The notes: a model not told the origin generated them from the sequence alone. A DNA stretch of 22,510 nt from an uncultured Methanosarcinales archaeon (GCA_964419615.1 CAYQPU010000028.1:1-22510), one strand, 5' to 3'; shown: positions 8,898 to 17,108, counted from the stretch's first letter. Translations and numbers: made by a program.

Positions 8898-9585
8898 AAA
8901 TAATCACTCCTGAACCCTGCCATCTAACTAAAGGAATATCTTCTAAAATATCACTCATAAAACCCATTGGTTTGATCAGAGAATCTGGAATAAATGGAAC
9001 TGCAAATAAAAAAGGTTTAATTGAAACCTTCATTGGTTTGAAAAATGATTTATATTTCCAAGGCGAATATGAATTCTCACCAGCATCTTTATACTTCTGG
9101 CTAACTTTTTCAAGAACTCTTCTAAGAACACAAACACCATTAGCTTCAATCAAAAACACATATTTTTTGGAAACTCTAACCATCTCCTGTGCCATCTTCT
9201 TTGGATCAGTAACATGATGCATAACATCAACAGCAAAAACCAAATCAAAAGAATCATCCTTAAATCTTGATAAATCCTGAGCATCAACTTTATAAGCTTC
9301 AAAACCTTTTTTCTTTAACTGCTTTACACCAGAAGCTGAAATTTCTGATGCAACATACTCTTTAATGAACTTTTTATTATTTATTAGCTCAGAAACTTCT
9401 CCATTCCCTGCACCAAGCTCGAGCACTCTCATTGCTTTTTTGCCTGAGAAATTTTTCATAAAAACAGAAATATACTTTGGCACCTTATACTCTGTAGCCA
9501 TCTTCCCATCCCATTCCTCCTTGAAATTGGAAGTTTCACTATATAGCTTATCATAACACTTAATCATACCTTTTTTCTTTTCCAC
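8884..9585 (-). CDS. Class I SAM-dependent methyltransferase (glycan-cluster associated)
   Basis: VLELGAGNG, VDAQDL, FDLVFAVDVMHHV and EMVRVS motifs. GTG 9585 follows GGGGG at SD spacing; the ORF track starts at TTG 9597. Confidence 0.88.
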   Translation of the reverse strand: MEKKKGMIKCYDKLYSETSNFKEEWDGKMATEYKVPKYISVFMKNFSGKKAMRVLELGAGNGEVSELINNKKFIKEYVASEISASGVKQLKKKGFEAYKVDAQDLSRFKDDSFDLVFAVDVMHHVTDPKKMAQEMVRVSKKYVFLIEANGVCVLRRVLEKVSQKYKDAGENSYSPWKYKSFFKPMKVSIKPFLFAVPFIPDSLIKPMGFMSDILEDIPLVRWQGSGVIIYGEK

Positions 9586-9618
9586 AAATTCCCCCAAGAT
9601 TAGATCATGTACTTAGAA

Positions 9619-9633
9619 ATATATAACTTTTGG
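9619..9633 (-). promoter_or_regulatory. BRE+TATA promoter of the methyltransferase-YfhO operon
   Basis: Minus strand CCAAAAG-TTATATAT in the 9598-9652 gap. Confidence 0.55.
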
Positions 9634-9652
9634 TATGAAACAACTTATTCAT

Positions 9653-10312
9653 CTAATCCAAAGGCTGTACTCTTTTATATTCATCCCAAGTATCTAGAAA
9701 CTCTTGAATTGTAGACTCTGTTCTTGGATGATATGCCATTTTCTCAAGCAGAGGTGGTGGTATTGTTAAAATATGAGCACCAGTCTGAATAGCCCTATTT
9801 ACATGAGACATTTGTCTGATACTTCCCACAATAATCTTTGACTTAAACTTGTGCTTTTCAAATGCATTAACAGTATCTTCTGTAACACGTTGAGCATCAA
9901 AACCCATATCTTCAATCCTGCCCCAAAAAAGGCTTACATAGGTTGCTCCAGATTTTGCAGCCAAGACTGCCTGCTGCATAGTCATACAAGCTGTAACATT
10001 AGTTTTAACACCCTTTTCAGTTAAAGTTTTCACAGCCTTTAGACCAGCCATACCCATTGGAATCTTTATAGCAACATTATCTCCCCATTTAGTATACTTT
10101 AAAGCTTCAGTAACCATCTCATCAGCATCATTTGTTGTAACTTCAATACTAACATCACCCTTAACTTCCTTTAAGATCTCCATCATCCTTTTCTCAAAAG
10201 GAACTTTCTCCTTTGCAACAAGTATTGGATTAGTTGTGCAACCATCAACAATACCCCTTTTATTAGCACTTTTAACCGCTTTTAGATTTGCTGTATCAAT
10301 AAAAATTTCCAT
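9653..10312 (-). CDS. tal: Transaldolase, short TalC/FSA family
   Basis: FID6TA, GCTTN28P, SIE57V, Schiff-base K83 (AIKIPM), TNVT, SLF129WGR and GSIR. The Glu/Phe pair is transaldolase-type rather than the FSA-type Gln/Tyr. SD GAGGTGA. Confidence 0.9.
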   Translation of the reverse strand: MEIFIDTANLKAVKSANKRGIVDGCTTNPILVAKEKVPFEKRMMEILKEVKGDVSIEVTTNDADEMVTEALKYTKWGDNVAIKIPMGMAGLKAVKTLTEKGVKTNVTACMTMQQAVLAAKSGATYVSLFWGRIEDMGFDAQRVTEDTVNAFEKHKFKSKIIVGSIRQMSHVNRAIQTGAHILTIPPPLLEKMAYHPRTESTIQEFLDTWDEYKRVQPLD

Positions 10313-10323
10313 TATTTCACCTC

Positions 10324-10929
10324 TTAGCTGTGTTTTTCCAAAACATTCATTTTTTTCTTTAATGCCGAAATAATCGCATGATGTAAAACCATATGTAACC
10401 CTTCAACATGTGGTGTTGAATCTTTTGGAATAACAACACATGCATCACAATGAAGCTTCATTGCTCCTCCATCAAAACCTGCAAATCCAATAGTCTTTGC
10501 ACCCATATCTTTTGCATACTTGATTGCTTTAGGCATATTTGCAGACCACATATTATCTTCGTCTCCAACACTTCCTCCATGTACACTAAAGCCAACCAGC
10601 ACATCATCTTTTTTCATGAAGTTTTGAAGCTGACCAACATACAAATGGTCCCAACCAACATCATTAACCCAAGCACTCATAACAGCTACATTATCATTTA
10701 AGCAAATAGCTTTGAATCTTTCTTTACCAGGATTATGTGTGGGTTTTAATAGATCACAGGTAAAATGAGTTGCTGCAGCAGCACTTCCACCATTTCCCAT
10801 CACAAAAACAGTGTTCCCGTTCTGCCAAGCTTCATACAAAATGTTTATTGCTTTATTTACTTGAGCTGGGTCAATATTCTTGACAATCTTTGCAGTCTCA
10901 ACAAAATAATTTTTAACAAAATCTTCCAT
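10324..10929 (-). CDS. gmhA: SIS-domain phosphoheptose isomerase (GmhA-like)
   Basis: VFVMGNGGSAAAATHF, AWVNDVGWD, DDVLVGFS, GFDGG and VEGLHMVLHH. Context next to heptose kinase. SD GGTGA. Confidence 0.82.
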   Translation of the reverse strand: MEDFVKNYFVETAKIVKNIDPAQVNKAINILYEAWQNGNTVFVMGNGGSAAAATHFTCDLLKPTHNPGKERFKAICLNDNVAVMSAWVNDVGWDHLYVGQLQNFMKKDDVLVGFSVHGGSVGDEDNMWSANMPKAIKYAKDMGAKTIGFAGFDGGAMKLHCDACVVIPKDSTPHVEGLHMVLHHAIISALKKKMNVLEKHS

Positions 10930-10953
10930 TTATCTCACCTATTTTTCTTCTCA

Positions 10954-11937
10954 TTATTGACCATTGAATATTACTTTGGTACCATCAAAGTCAAACTTAA
11001 AGGGCATTTCAACTAGTCGAGCGTCACTCATAGCATTTCTAAACTTGTCCTGATTACTATCACAATAAAACATAAAAAAGCCTCCTCCACCAGCACCCAT
11101 AATCTTACCTCCCAAAGCACCGTTTTGAAGAGCAAGCTCATACCACTCGTCAATCTGTGGATTAGTCATAACAGTTGTCAATTCTTTTTTAGTATTCCAA
11201 TGCACATTTAACCACTTTCCAAACCTCTGAGTATTTCCTTTTTCCAAGGCTTTTCTTTGTTCCATACCAATTTGCTTTATCTTTGTTAAATTCTCCATTT
11301 TCTCTTTATCTTTTTCAGCAGCGCTTTTTTGAGCCTGGAGTACATCTGAAGTTTTTCTCCTTGTACTTGTATAATACAGAATAATATTGTTCTCAAGTTC
11401 TCTTATTGTACCCGAATTAATATTAACCGGACCAATTCTAACTCCTCCGCTCCTATCAATCTTCATATGAGAAATTCCACCAAAGGCAGTTGCAAAATGA
11501 TCTTGAGGTCCGTCGATTCCTTTGCTGACTTTTGAAATAATTTGATTTGCTTCTTCAGCCAGAACTTTTTTTGATGTAAACTCTCCTTTGTAAGTATGCA
11601 AAGCATTAAGCAAACCTACAAGAAATGCACCAGAGCTTCCAAGGCCAGTACCTGATGGAATATCTGCAATACTAACAATCTCCATACCTTCATTAATATC
11701 AAGTAGTCTTAAAGCCTCATTAATAAGTGGATGCTTAATATCTCTATTATCCTTAACAACCTCTATCTCAGAATAAGCAACTCTTGTTTCTTTGTAAAAT
11801 CTCTTTCTAACTGCTATGTAAATATACTTGTCAATAGTTCCAGCAACTAGCGCTCCACCATGTTTTTTTGAGTAAAATGGCAAATCAGTTCCACCTCCAC
11901 CTAGAGAAACTCTCAAAGGTGTTCTAGTTATTATCAT
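10954..11937 (-). CDS. hddA: GHMP kinase, D-glycero-alpha-D-manno-heptose-7-phosphate 1-kinase (HddA type)
   Basis: TRTPLRVSLGGGGTDLP, DIPSGTGLGSSGA, QDHFATAFGG and GGKIMGAGGGGF. SD GGAGGGG. Confidence 0.85.
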   Translation of the reverse strand: MIITRTPLRVSLGGGGTDLPFYSKKHGGALVAGTIDKYIYIAVRKRFYKETRVAYSEIEVVKDNRDIKHPLINEALRLLDINEGMEIVSIADIPSGTGLGSSGAFLVGLLNALHTYKGEFTSKKVLAEEANQIISKVSKGIDGPQDHFATAFGGISHMKIDRSGGVRIGPVNINSGTIRELENNIILYYTSTRRKTSDVLQAQKSAAEKDKEKMENLTKIKQIGMEQRKALEKGNTQRFGKWLNVHWNTKKELTTVMTNPQIDEWYELALQNGALGGKIMGAGGGGFFMFYCDSNQDKFRNAMSDARLVEMPFKFDFDGTKVIFNGQ

Positions 11938-11978
11938 CTTATCCCCTCCACAACAAAAATAAGGATTTGAAAAACTAG

Positions 11979-11993
11979 TATATAATACTTTCG
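11979..11993 (-). promoter_or_regulatory. BRE+TATA promoter of hddA-gmhA-tal
   Basis: Minus strand CGAAAGTA-TTATATA upstream of SD GGAGGGG. Confidence 0.6.
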
Positions 11994-12021
11994 TAGAAAG
12001 ATTTAAATATGTGAAATTTAA

Positions 12022-12606
12022 TTAATTAGTTTTAGAACTACTTGATATATAATCAACTGCTTCTTTCAAATTTTTTAATGTACAATCTGGTTCAACTTGT
12101 ATTTCTTTATCTGCTTTTGACCCACAACCTCCGCCTTCAGTAACCATAATTGTTTTAACACCCGCAGCCTTACCAGCTGCAATATCTGTTTTGGAATCTC
12201 CAATTATCCATGATTTTTTAACATCAATATCAAAATCTTTAACCGCTCTTAGTAATAATCCGGGTTTAGGTTTCCTGCACTCACAATCATACTTTAACTC
12301 TGGAATCTCACCTTCAAAACCTTTTTCTGGGTGATGTGGACAAACATAAATTCCATCAAGATGAGCACCATGTTCTGCTAAGACTTTTTTTAGATGATCA
12401 TGCACTCGCATTAAATCAGAATATGAAAAAAACCCCTTAGCAACTTCAGGTTGATTAGTAACCAAAATAACAAAATAACCTGCATCATTAATTCTTTTAA
12501 TTGCTTTTAGAGCATATGGATAAATCTTTAGCTTTTCTGGGCGATCAATTCTACTAGCGTTTTCATTAATAACTCCATCTCTATCAAGAAAGACTGCTTT
12601 TTTCAT
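12022..12606 (-). CDS. gmhB: D,D-heptose 1,7-bisphosphate phosphatase (HAD, GmhB)
   Basis: AVFLDRDGVIN, VTNQP, Zn motif CPHHP...CECRKPKPG and IGDSKTDIAAG. Confidence 0.9.
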   Translation of the reverse strand: MKKAVFLDRDGVINENASRIDRPEKLKIYPYALKAIKRINDAGYFVILVTNQPEVAKGFFSYSDLMRVHDHLKKVLAEHGAHLDGIYVCPHHPEKGFEGEIPELKYDCECRKPKPGLLLRAVKDFDIDVKKSWIIGDSKTDIAAGKAAGVKTIMVTEGGGCGSKADKEIQVEPDCTLKNLKEAVDYISSSSKTN

Positions 12607-12628
12607 GTGTTATTGGTAACATGTTTGA

Positions 12629-12667
12629 TTTATAAACATTTAGATTTCAGCAGGAAAATATTAAATA
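12629..12667. promoter_or_regulatory. Divergent promoters: gmhB (minus, TTTATAAA 12629-12636) and IMPase-like gene (plus, GAAAATA-TTAAATA 12654-12667)
   Basis: The TATA boxes end 22 and 25 nt before the respective ATGs, consistent with leaderless starts. Confidence 0.55.
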
Positions 12668-12692
12668 ATGTTCTTAGTACTCTAAGCACACA

Positions 12693-13823
12693 ATGGATAA
12701 AAAAGATTTAGATGATTTATTTTTATATTTAAACAAAGTGATTAATGTTAGTATCACTCCAAAGCTGGTTGAAGCTTGGGATGTTTCACCTGGATCAAGA
12801 GGACATGAATTATACAACAGACCTGAATCAAGAGATTTTCTAACAGTGCATGATTTTGAAGCTCAAGTTATAATGGATGAAAAATTACAGGAATTTGGAA
12901 TTCCTGTTGGCAGTGTTGGGGAAGAAAGCCATCCAAAAATTATTGAAAAACTTAGAGAAATTGGAGAGCATGATCCAACAATTGAAGGTTTGCTTGACAG
13001 ATATGACAGAATACAAAGACCAAGAAAGCCAGAAGTATCTATTTTGTCAGATATGATAGATGGCACAAGAATTTTTTTAAACAAAGGTGTTAAGTGGACA
13101 ACAGGAAGCGCAATTATACAAGATGGTGAAACAAAAGGTGCCATTGTATATTGGCCGCTAGCTCATAGAATGTTTTGGGCGCTAGAAGGAATACCTGGAG
13201 CACACATGGCACCAATGTTCACATACAAAAATATTAAAGATTTAAAAGATAGCAGTGATAAACTGTGGGCTTTGCCATCTAGTTTTCTTGGTGAAAAAAC
13301 AATCTACTGGGTCTCAACAAGTTCTTTTAATGGTCAGATTGTTTGGCCCAAAGATACACCATTAAACAAAAGATATGCTGTTAAAGAGGATATTACTCCC
13401 GAGGTAACTTGGCAAAGATTGTTTGGGCAAAGCTATCATGGATCAAAACCAGAAAGAGAAGAAACACTTAAGTGGGATAGACCTGGTTCAGGATCTTCAC
13501 TTTTGCAGCTATGCCTTGGTGCAGGCGCTTTCCTTGGAGGACCAGACGGATATGTGATGCTCTTTCAAGAAGCGGTTGATATAGCCATTGCAGGTTACAT
13601 TTACAATAAGGCAGGTGGTTATTTATGCATGAGCACATGCGCCCATGATCAACCAGGTAAGCCCATAGACACAAATTTATTGTATTATCCAAATCGAGAA
13701 AAAGAATTTTTAACCATGGATCAAAGATACCATGTAATTGGAGCACCTAACATAGAAAATTTCAACATGATACTGGATATAATCACAGAAACATATGAAA
13801 TGAATCAACCGATTGCAAAATAA
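12693..13823 (+). CDS. Highly divergent inositol-monophosphatase/FBPase (FIG) superfamily phosphatase
   Basis: T-V-H-D54, G-E77-E78, D120-M-I-D123-G-T, IVYWP...MFWA, GSGS and AVDIAIAG...KAGG (WD-equivalent). About 30-aa insertion between GEE and DxIDGT. Confidence 0.7.
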   Translation: MDKKDLDDLFLYLNKVINVSITPKLVEAWDVSPGSRGHELYNRPESRDFLTVHDFEAQVIMDEKLQEFGIPVGSVGEESHPKIIEKLREIGEHDPTIEGLLDRYDRIQRPRKPEVSILSDMIDGTRIFLNKGVKWTTGSAIIQDGETKGAIVYWPLAHRMFWALEGIPGAHMAPMFTYKNIKDLKDSSDKLWALPSSFLGEKTIYWVSTSSFNGQIVWPKDTPLNKRYAVKEDITPEVTWQRLFGQSYHGSKPEREETLKWDRPGSGSSLLQLCLGAGAFLGGPDGYVMLFQEAVDIAIAGYIYNKAGGYLCMSTCAHDQPGKPIDTNLLYYPNREKEFLTMDQRYHVIGAPNIENFNMILDIITETYEMNQPIAK

Positions 13824-13826
13824 AAC

Positions 13827-14555
13827 TTAAAGAATCTTTTTTACTCCTTTAAACTCTTGCATAAACTTCTCATACTTTTCCATCCTTCCTATTTCTCTAA
13901 AAAACTCTGTTGTTGGATAGCCAAATAAGTTTTCTCCTCTCTTAACTAAATTAGGAAACAACTGTTTTCCAAAATCATATTTCTCATCCTCAGGAATAAA
14001 CTTAAAAATATCTTTCTTAAAAACATATGTTGAGCTATTGATGTATTTTTGTTCTGTAATCTTCTCAATCTCTTCCATACTTGGTTTTTCTAAAAAAGAC
14101 TTTATTCTTTTATTTGGATCCAAAGTAATCACACTTGAACTTTTATACCCTTCTGGTAAAGGTCTTAAACAAACAGTTCCAAGAGCATTATTCTTCTTGT
14201 GTTCCAGAACCAGTTTATTAAAATCAATACTTGTTAAAATATCAGCAAAATAAACAATAAAATCATCATCAACTAAATCTTCAGCTAACTTAACAGCACC
14301 AGCAGTACCCATTAAATTATCTTTTACATACTCAATATTAATACCAAACTTGCTTCCATCACCAAAATATTCTTCAACCTTTTCAGCAAGATGAGCAACA
14401 CAGAAAATAAAATCCTTAAATCCATTCCTCTTAAAATACATAAGCTGCCTTTCAACTAAGGGTGTTCCATTAATATCTATAAGACATTTTGGAATCTTTT
14501 CAGCTATAGGTTTTAGTCTTGTTGCAAGTCCGCCAGCAACTACTATTATCTTCAT
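13827..14555 (-). CDS. Sugar-1-phosphate nucleotidyltransferase (HddC / mannose-1-phosphate guanylyltransferase-like)
   Basis: IVVAGGLATRLKP...PKCLIDING, MGTAGAV, FADI, FLEKP and EIGRMEKY. No hexapeptide beta-helix tail. The heptose role is inferred from context. Confidence 0.82.
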   Translation of the reverse strand: MKIIVVAGGLATRLKPIAEKIPKCLIDINGTPLVERQLMYFKRNGFKDFIFCVAHLAEKVEEYFGDGSKFGINIEYVKDNLMGTAGAVKLAEDLVDDDFIVYFADILTSIDFNKLVLEHKKNNALGTVCLRPLPEGYKSSSVITLDPNKRIKSFLEKPSMEEIEKITEQKYINSSTYVFKKDIFKFIPEDEKYDFGKQLFPNLVKRGENLFGYPTTEFFREIGRMEKYEKFMQEFKGVKKIL

Positions 14556-14570
14556 GATATATTAGAGGTC

Positions 14571-15467
14571 TTAATCAAGATATTTAAGCTTTTCCAGAAA
14601 CTGCCCATGAAGCACTTCATTTGTTGCCAACCTATCCGCAATCAATATTTCTTTGTTTTGGCCACCGTAATCTGTAAATCTTCCTCCAGCTTCTTTAAGA
14701 ATTAGCATTGCAGCAGCAATATCCCAGGGACCATTATATTGAGCATCTTTAGCTTGAGAATTACATATATAAGCATCAATTTTACCAGCGGCAACAGCAC
14801 ATATTTCTAAAGCAGCACTATCCCATCTACGAGCAGCTCTGACTTTAGGAGGATGAAATAACTCATAGAGTTTTTTACCTCGATTTATCTGTGTATCATT
14901 GTTATAAGGATATGCAAGAATTATTACACTATCTTCCAATTTATTTGTGGAAGAGATCCTCATTCTATTTTCTTGGTTTTTGTACTTATCTGAACTTGCT
15001 ATACCTCTAAAATGATATGCACGTAATCCTTTTGCAGCAACATACCATTTTTGGTTTACTGGATCGTACACCACACCAGCTATTGTTTCAATGCCATCAA
15101 CCAAAGCAAAACTAATTGACCACATATCAATTCCGCGACTAAAGTTAATACTTCCATCAATTGGATCCAAAACCCATTTCAATCCCTCTTTTTTTAGTGC
15201 TTCCAAAACAAAGTCCTTATCCATCTCTTCAGAAACAACTGGGAAAGCATACTTACTCTTTGCAATTCTATCAATCACAAACTTGTGTACTTCCTTATCA
15301 GCAATAGTTGAGAAATCTTCAATAGATTGATCTGCAGTACTTTCATGCTCTTCTCCATAATATCGAAGTGCAATGTGAGCAGCTTCACTTACAATCCTAA
15401 CTGTGAAATCAAGAGTACTATTAAGATCTCCCAGTACTTCTTCTCTTGAAAGTATAAGTTTAATCAT
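14571..15467 (-). CDS. Inositol monophosphatase family protein (SuhB / archaeal IMPase-FBPase-like)
   Basis: TIAD, VVSEE, WVLDPIDGSINF, VVYDP, VAAGKIDAY and WDIAAAMLILKEAGGRFTD. 8-nt overlap with the epimerase stop. Confidence 0.88.
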   Translation of the reverse strand: MIKLILSREEVLGDLNSTLDFTVRIVSEAAHIALRYYGEEHESTADQSIEDFSTIADKEVHKFVIDRIAKSKYAFPVVSEEMDKDFVLEALKKEGLKWVLDPIDGSINFSRGIDMWSISFALVDGIETIAGVVYDPVNQKWYVAAKGLRAYHFRGIASSDKYKNQENRMRISSTNKLEDSVIILAYPYNNDTQINRGKKLYELFHPPKVRAARRWDSAALEICAVAAGKIDAYICNSQAKDAQYNGPWDIAAAMLILKEAGGRFTDYGGQNKEILIADRLATNEVLHGQFLEKLKYLD

Positions 15468-16398
15468 TTTCCAGCATCTCTTTAACTGTTCTCTTAACAG
15501 CTTCTTTAGAACTTAATTTAATTTTAAATCCAATTTTCTTAAGTTTGTTAACATCCAACCTAACAACAGGCACATCTCCTTTCCAACCTCTACTTCCACC
15601 AGTATGCTTAAGCTCAACATCTTTAAGACTCATTTCCTCAATTACGATTTGTGCTATCTCATTTACAGAAGTAAAATCATCACAAGCTACATTGAACACG
15701 TTAACTTTCTCTTTGGAATTCTCAATTATAAATAAAATAGCATCAAGTATTTCTTCAATATGAATATAAGGTTTACTTTGTTTACCATCCCCTAAAATCT
15801 CCAGCTCTTTTGGATTTTTTTTAAGCTTATTCATAAAATCTAAACTTACCCCATGAGTCTGGTTTCCACCAATAATATTCCCGAATCTACCAATCCAAGC
15901 CTGCATATCAAACTGATGGCAAAAAGCAGAAATCAATCCTTCAGCGCCAAGTTTACTTGCTCCATACATTGAGATAGGTAGCAAGGGTCCATAATCTTCA
16001 GCTGTATAAGACTCACCTGCATCACCGTAAACTCCGCTTCCAGATGTAAATGCTATCTTTTTTACACCAGTAAGTCTCATTGCATCAAGCAAGTTAAAAG
16101 TTGCAATAACACTATGCTTCAAATCAATATCTGGGTACTTAATTGCCAGAGCAATGTCAGGATTAGCAGCAAAATGTAATACAAAATCATGTCCTTTTAT
16201 TGCCTGAATAACATCATCTTTATCTCTTAAGTCCCCTTTAACAAACTTAAACTTGGGATTATCTATCAGTTTGTCAATCCTGCTTGTATCTCCACAAAGC
16301 AAATTATCAAATACTGTAACGTCATGACTTTGTTTTAACAGTCGTTTGCTCATCTCACTTCCAATAAAACCTGCTCCGCCAGTAATAAAATATTTCAC
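15460..16398 (-). CDS. NAD-dependent epimerase/dehydratase, extended SDR (UDP-glucose 4-epimerase-like archaeal subgroup)
   Basis: ITGGAGFIG, HFAANPD, SGSGVYG, YGASK (YxxxK), RFGNIIG and ILGDGKQSKPYIH. GTG start with GTGA overlap. Confidence 0.9.
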   Translation of the reverse strand: MKYFITGGAGFIGSEMSKRLLKQSHDVTVFDNLLCGDTSRIDKLIDNPKFKFVKGDLRDKDDVIQAIKGHDFVLHFAANPDIALAIKYPDIDLKHSVIATFNLLDAMRLTGVKKIAFTSGSGVYGDAGESYTAEDYGPLLPISMYGASKLGAEGLISAFCHQFDMQAWIGRFGNIIGGNQTHGVSLDFMNKLKKNPKELEILGDGKQSKPYIHIEEILDAILFIIENSKEKVNVFNVACDDFTSVNEIAQIVIEEMSLKDVELKHTGGSRGWKGDVPVVRLDVNKLKKIGFKIKLSSKEAVKRTVKEMLEND

Positions 16399-17108
16399 TT
16401 TCTCATCAACTCCAATCTAAATTTTATCAAATTAATAAACTCTTTGAACATTAACTTAGGTATCTTTTGTGGTGCTAGTTCACCACTCTCAACAAATATA
16501 TGTTTGATTGGAACTTCAATTGCCTTAAGACCATCTCTTTTTGCCCTGATCAACATCTCAACACTAGGTGTTGCCTTAAGTCTACCAACCTTATCAATAT
16601 AATTAAGTAAATCCTTCTTTTTCCAAATCCTAAAATTACAATTAGCACCCCTTAGCCATAAGCCATAAAGCATTCCAACAATCAAAACATTTCCAAAAGA
16701 AAGAATCACTCTGTAAAACGGTTTTCTCTTGGTTTTATAGCCCACAACAATATCAGCCCTACCTCTTGTCCGATATAAACTCCAAAAATCATTTGGATCA
16801 TGTTCTCCATCACCATCACTTAAAAAAACTAAATCATTCTTAGCTTTTTTAACAGCGTCCCTCATTGCAGGTAAGTATCCTTTTTTACCCTTTGCTGTAA
16901 TTAATCTGAATGGAATTTCTTTGTTAAGTTTAGCAAGAATCTTTTTTGTTCCATCAGTACTACCATCCTCTGCTACAATAAACTCAGAGCCAGGTAGCTT
17001 TTTCATCACCTTTTTATGAAATCCACTCACAACACCTTCAATTGTAGAAGCGCTATTATGAACCAATATAACCAGTGATATTCTCTTAGCACCCTTATCT
17101 TTTTTCAT
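16395..17108 (-). CDS. Glycosyltransferase family 2, DPM1-like
   Basis: ISLVILVHN, AEDGSTDGT, SDGDGEHDP (DxD), IVVGYK and AIEVPIKH. 14-nt overlap with the upstream gene; SD GAGGT. Confidence 0.85.
   Translation of the reverse strand: MKKDKGAKRISLVILVHNSASTIEGVVSGFHKKVMKKLPGSEFIVAEDGSTDGTKKILAKLNKEIPFRLITAKGKKGYLPAMRDAVKKAKNDLVFLSDGDGEHDPNDFWSLYRTRGRADIVVGYKTKRKPFYRVILSFGNVLIVGMLYGLWLRGANCNFRIWKKKDLLNYIDKVGRLKATPSVEMLIRAKRDGLKAIEVPIKHIFVESGELAPQKIPKLMFKEFINLIKFRLELMRK

Noticed and set aside
10954-14555. ADP-beta-heptose (HldE/RfaE, LPS-type, ALPK1-agonist) pathway
   Set aside because: The kinase is GHMP-type rather than PfkB-type and the transferase is NTP_transferase-type rather than HIGH-motif type; no HldD or WaaC-like genes are present.
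4454-15467. Phosphoinositide signalling module (PI-kinase-like gene plus two inositol-phosphatase-like genes)
   Set aside because: The genes are 7-9 kb apart in separate transcription units, the substrates are unknown, and IMPases act on soluble substrates. It is too speculative to list as a system.
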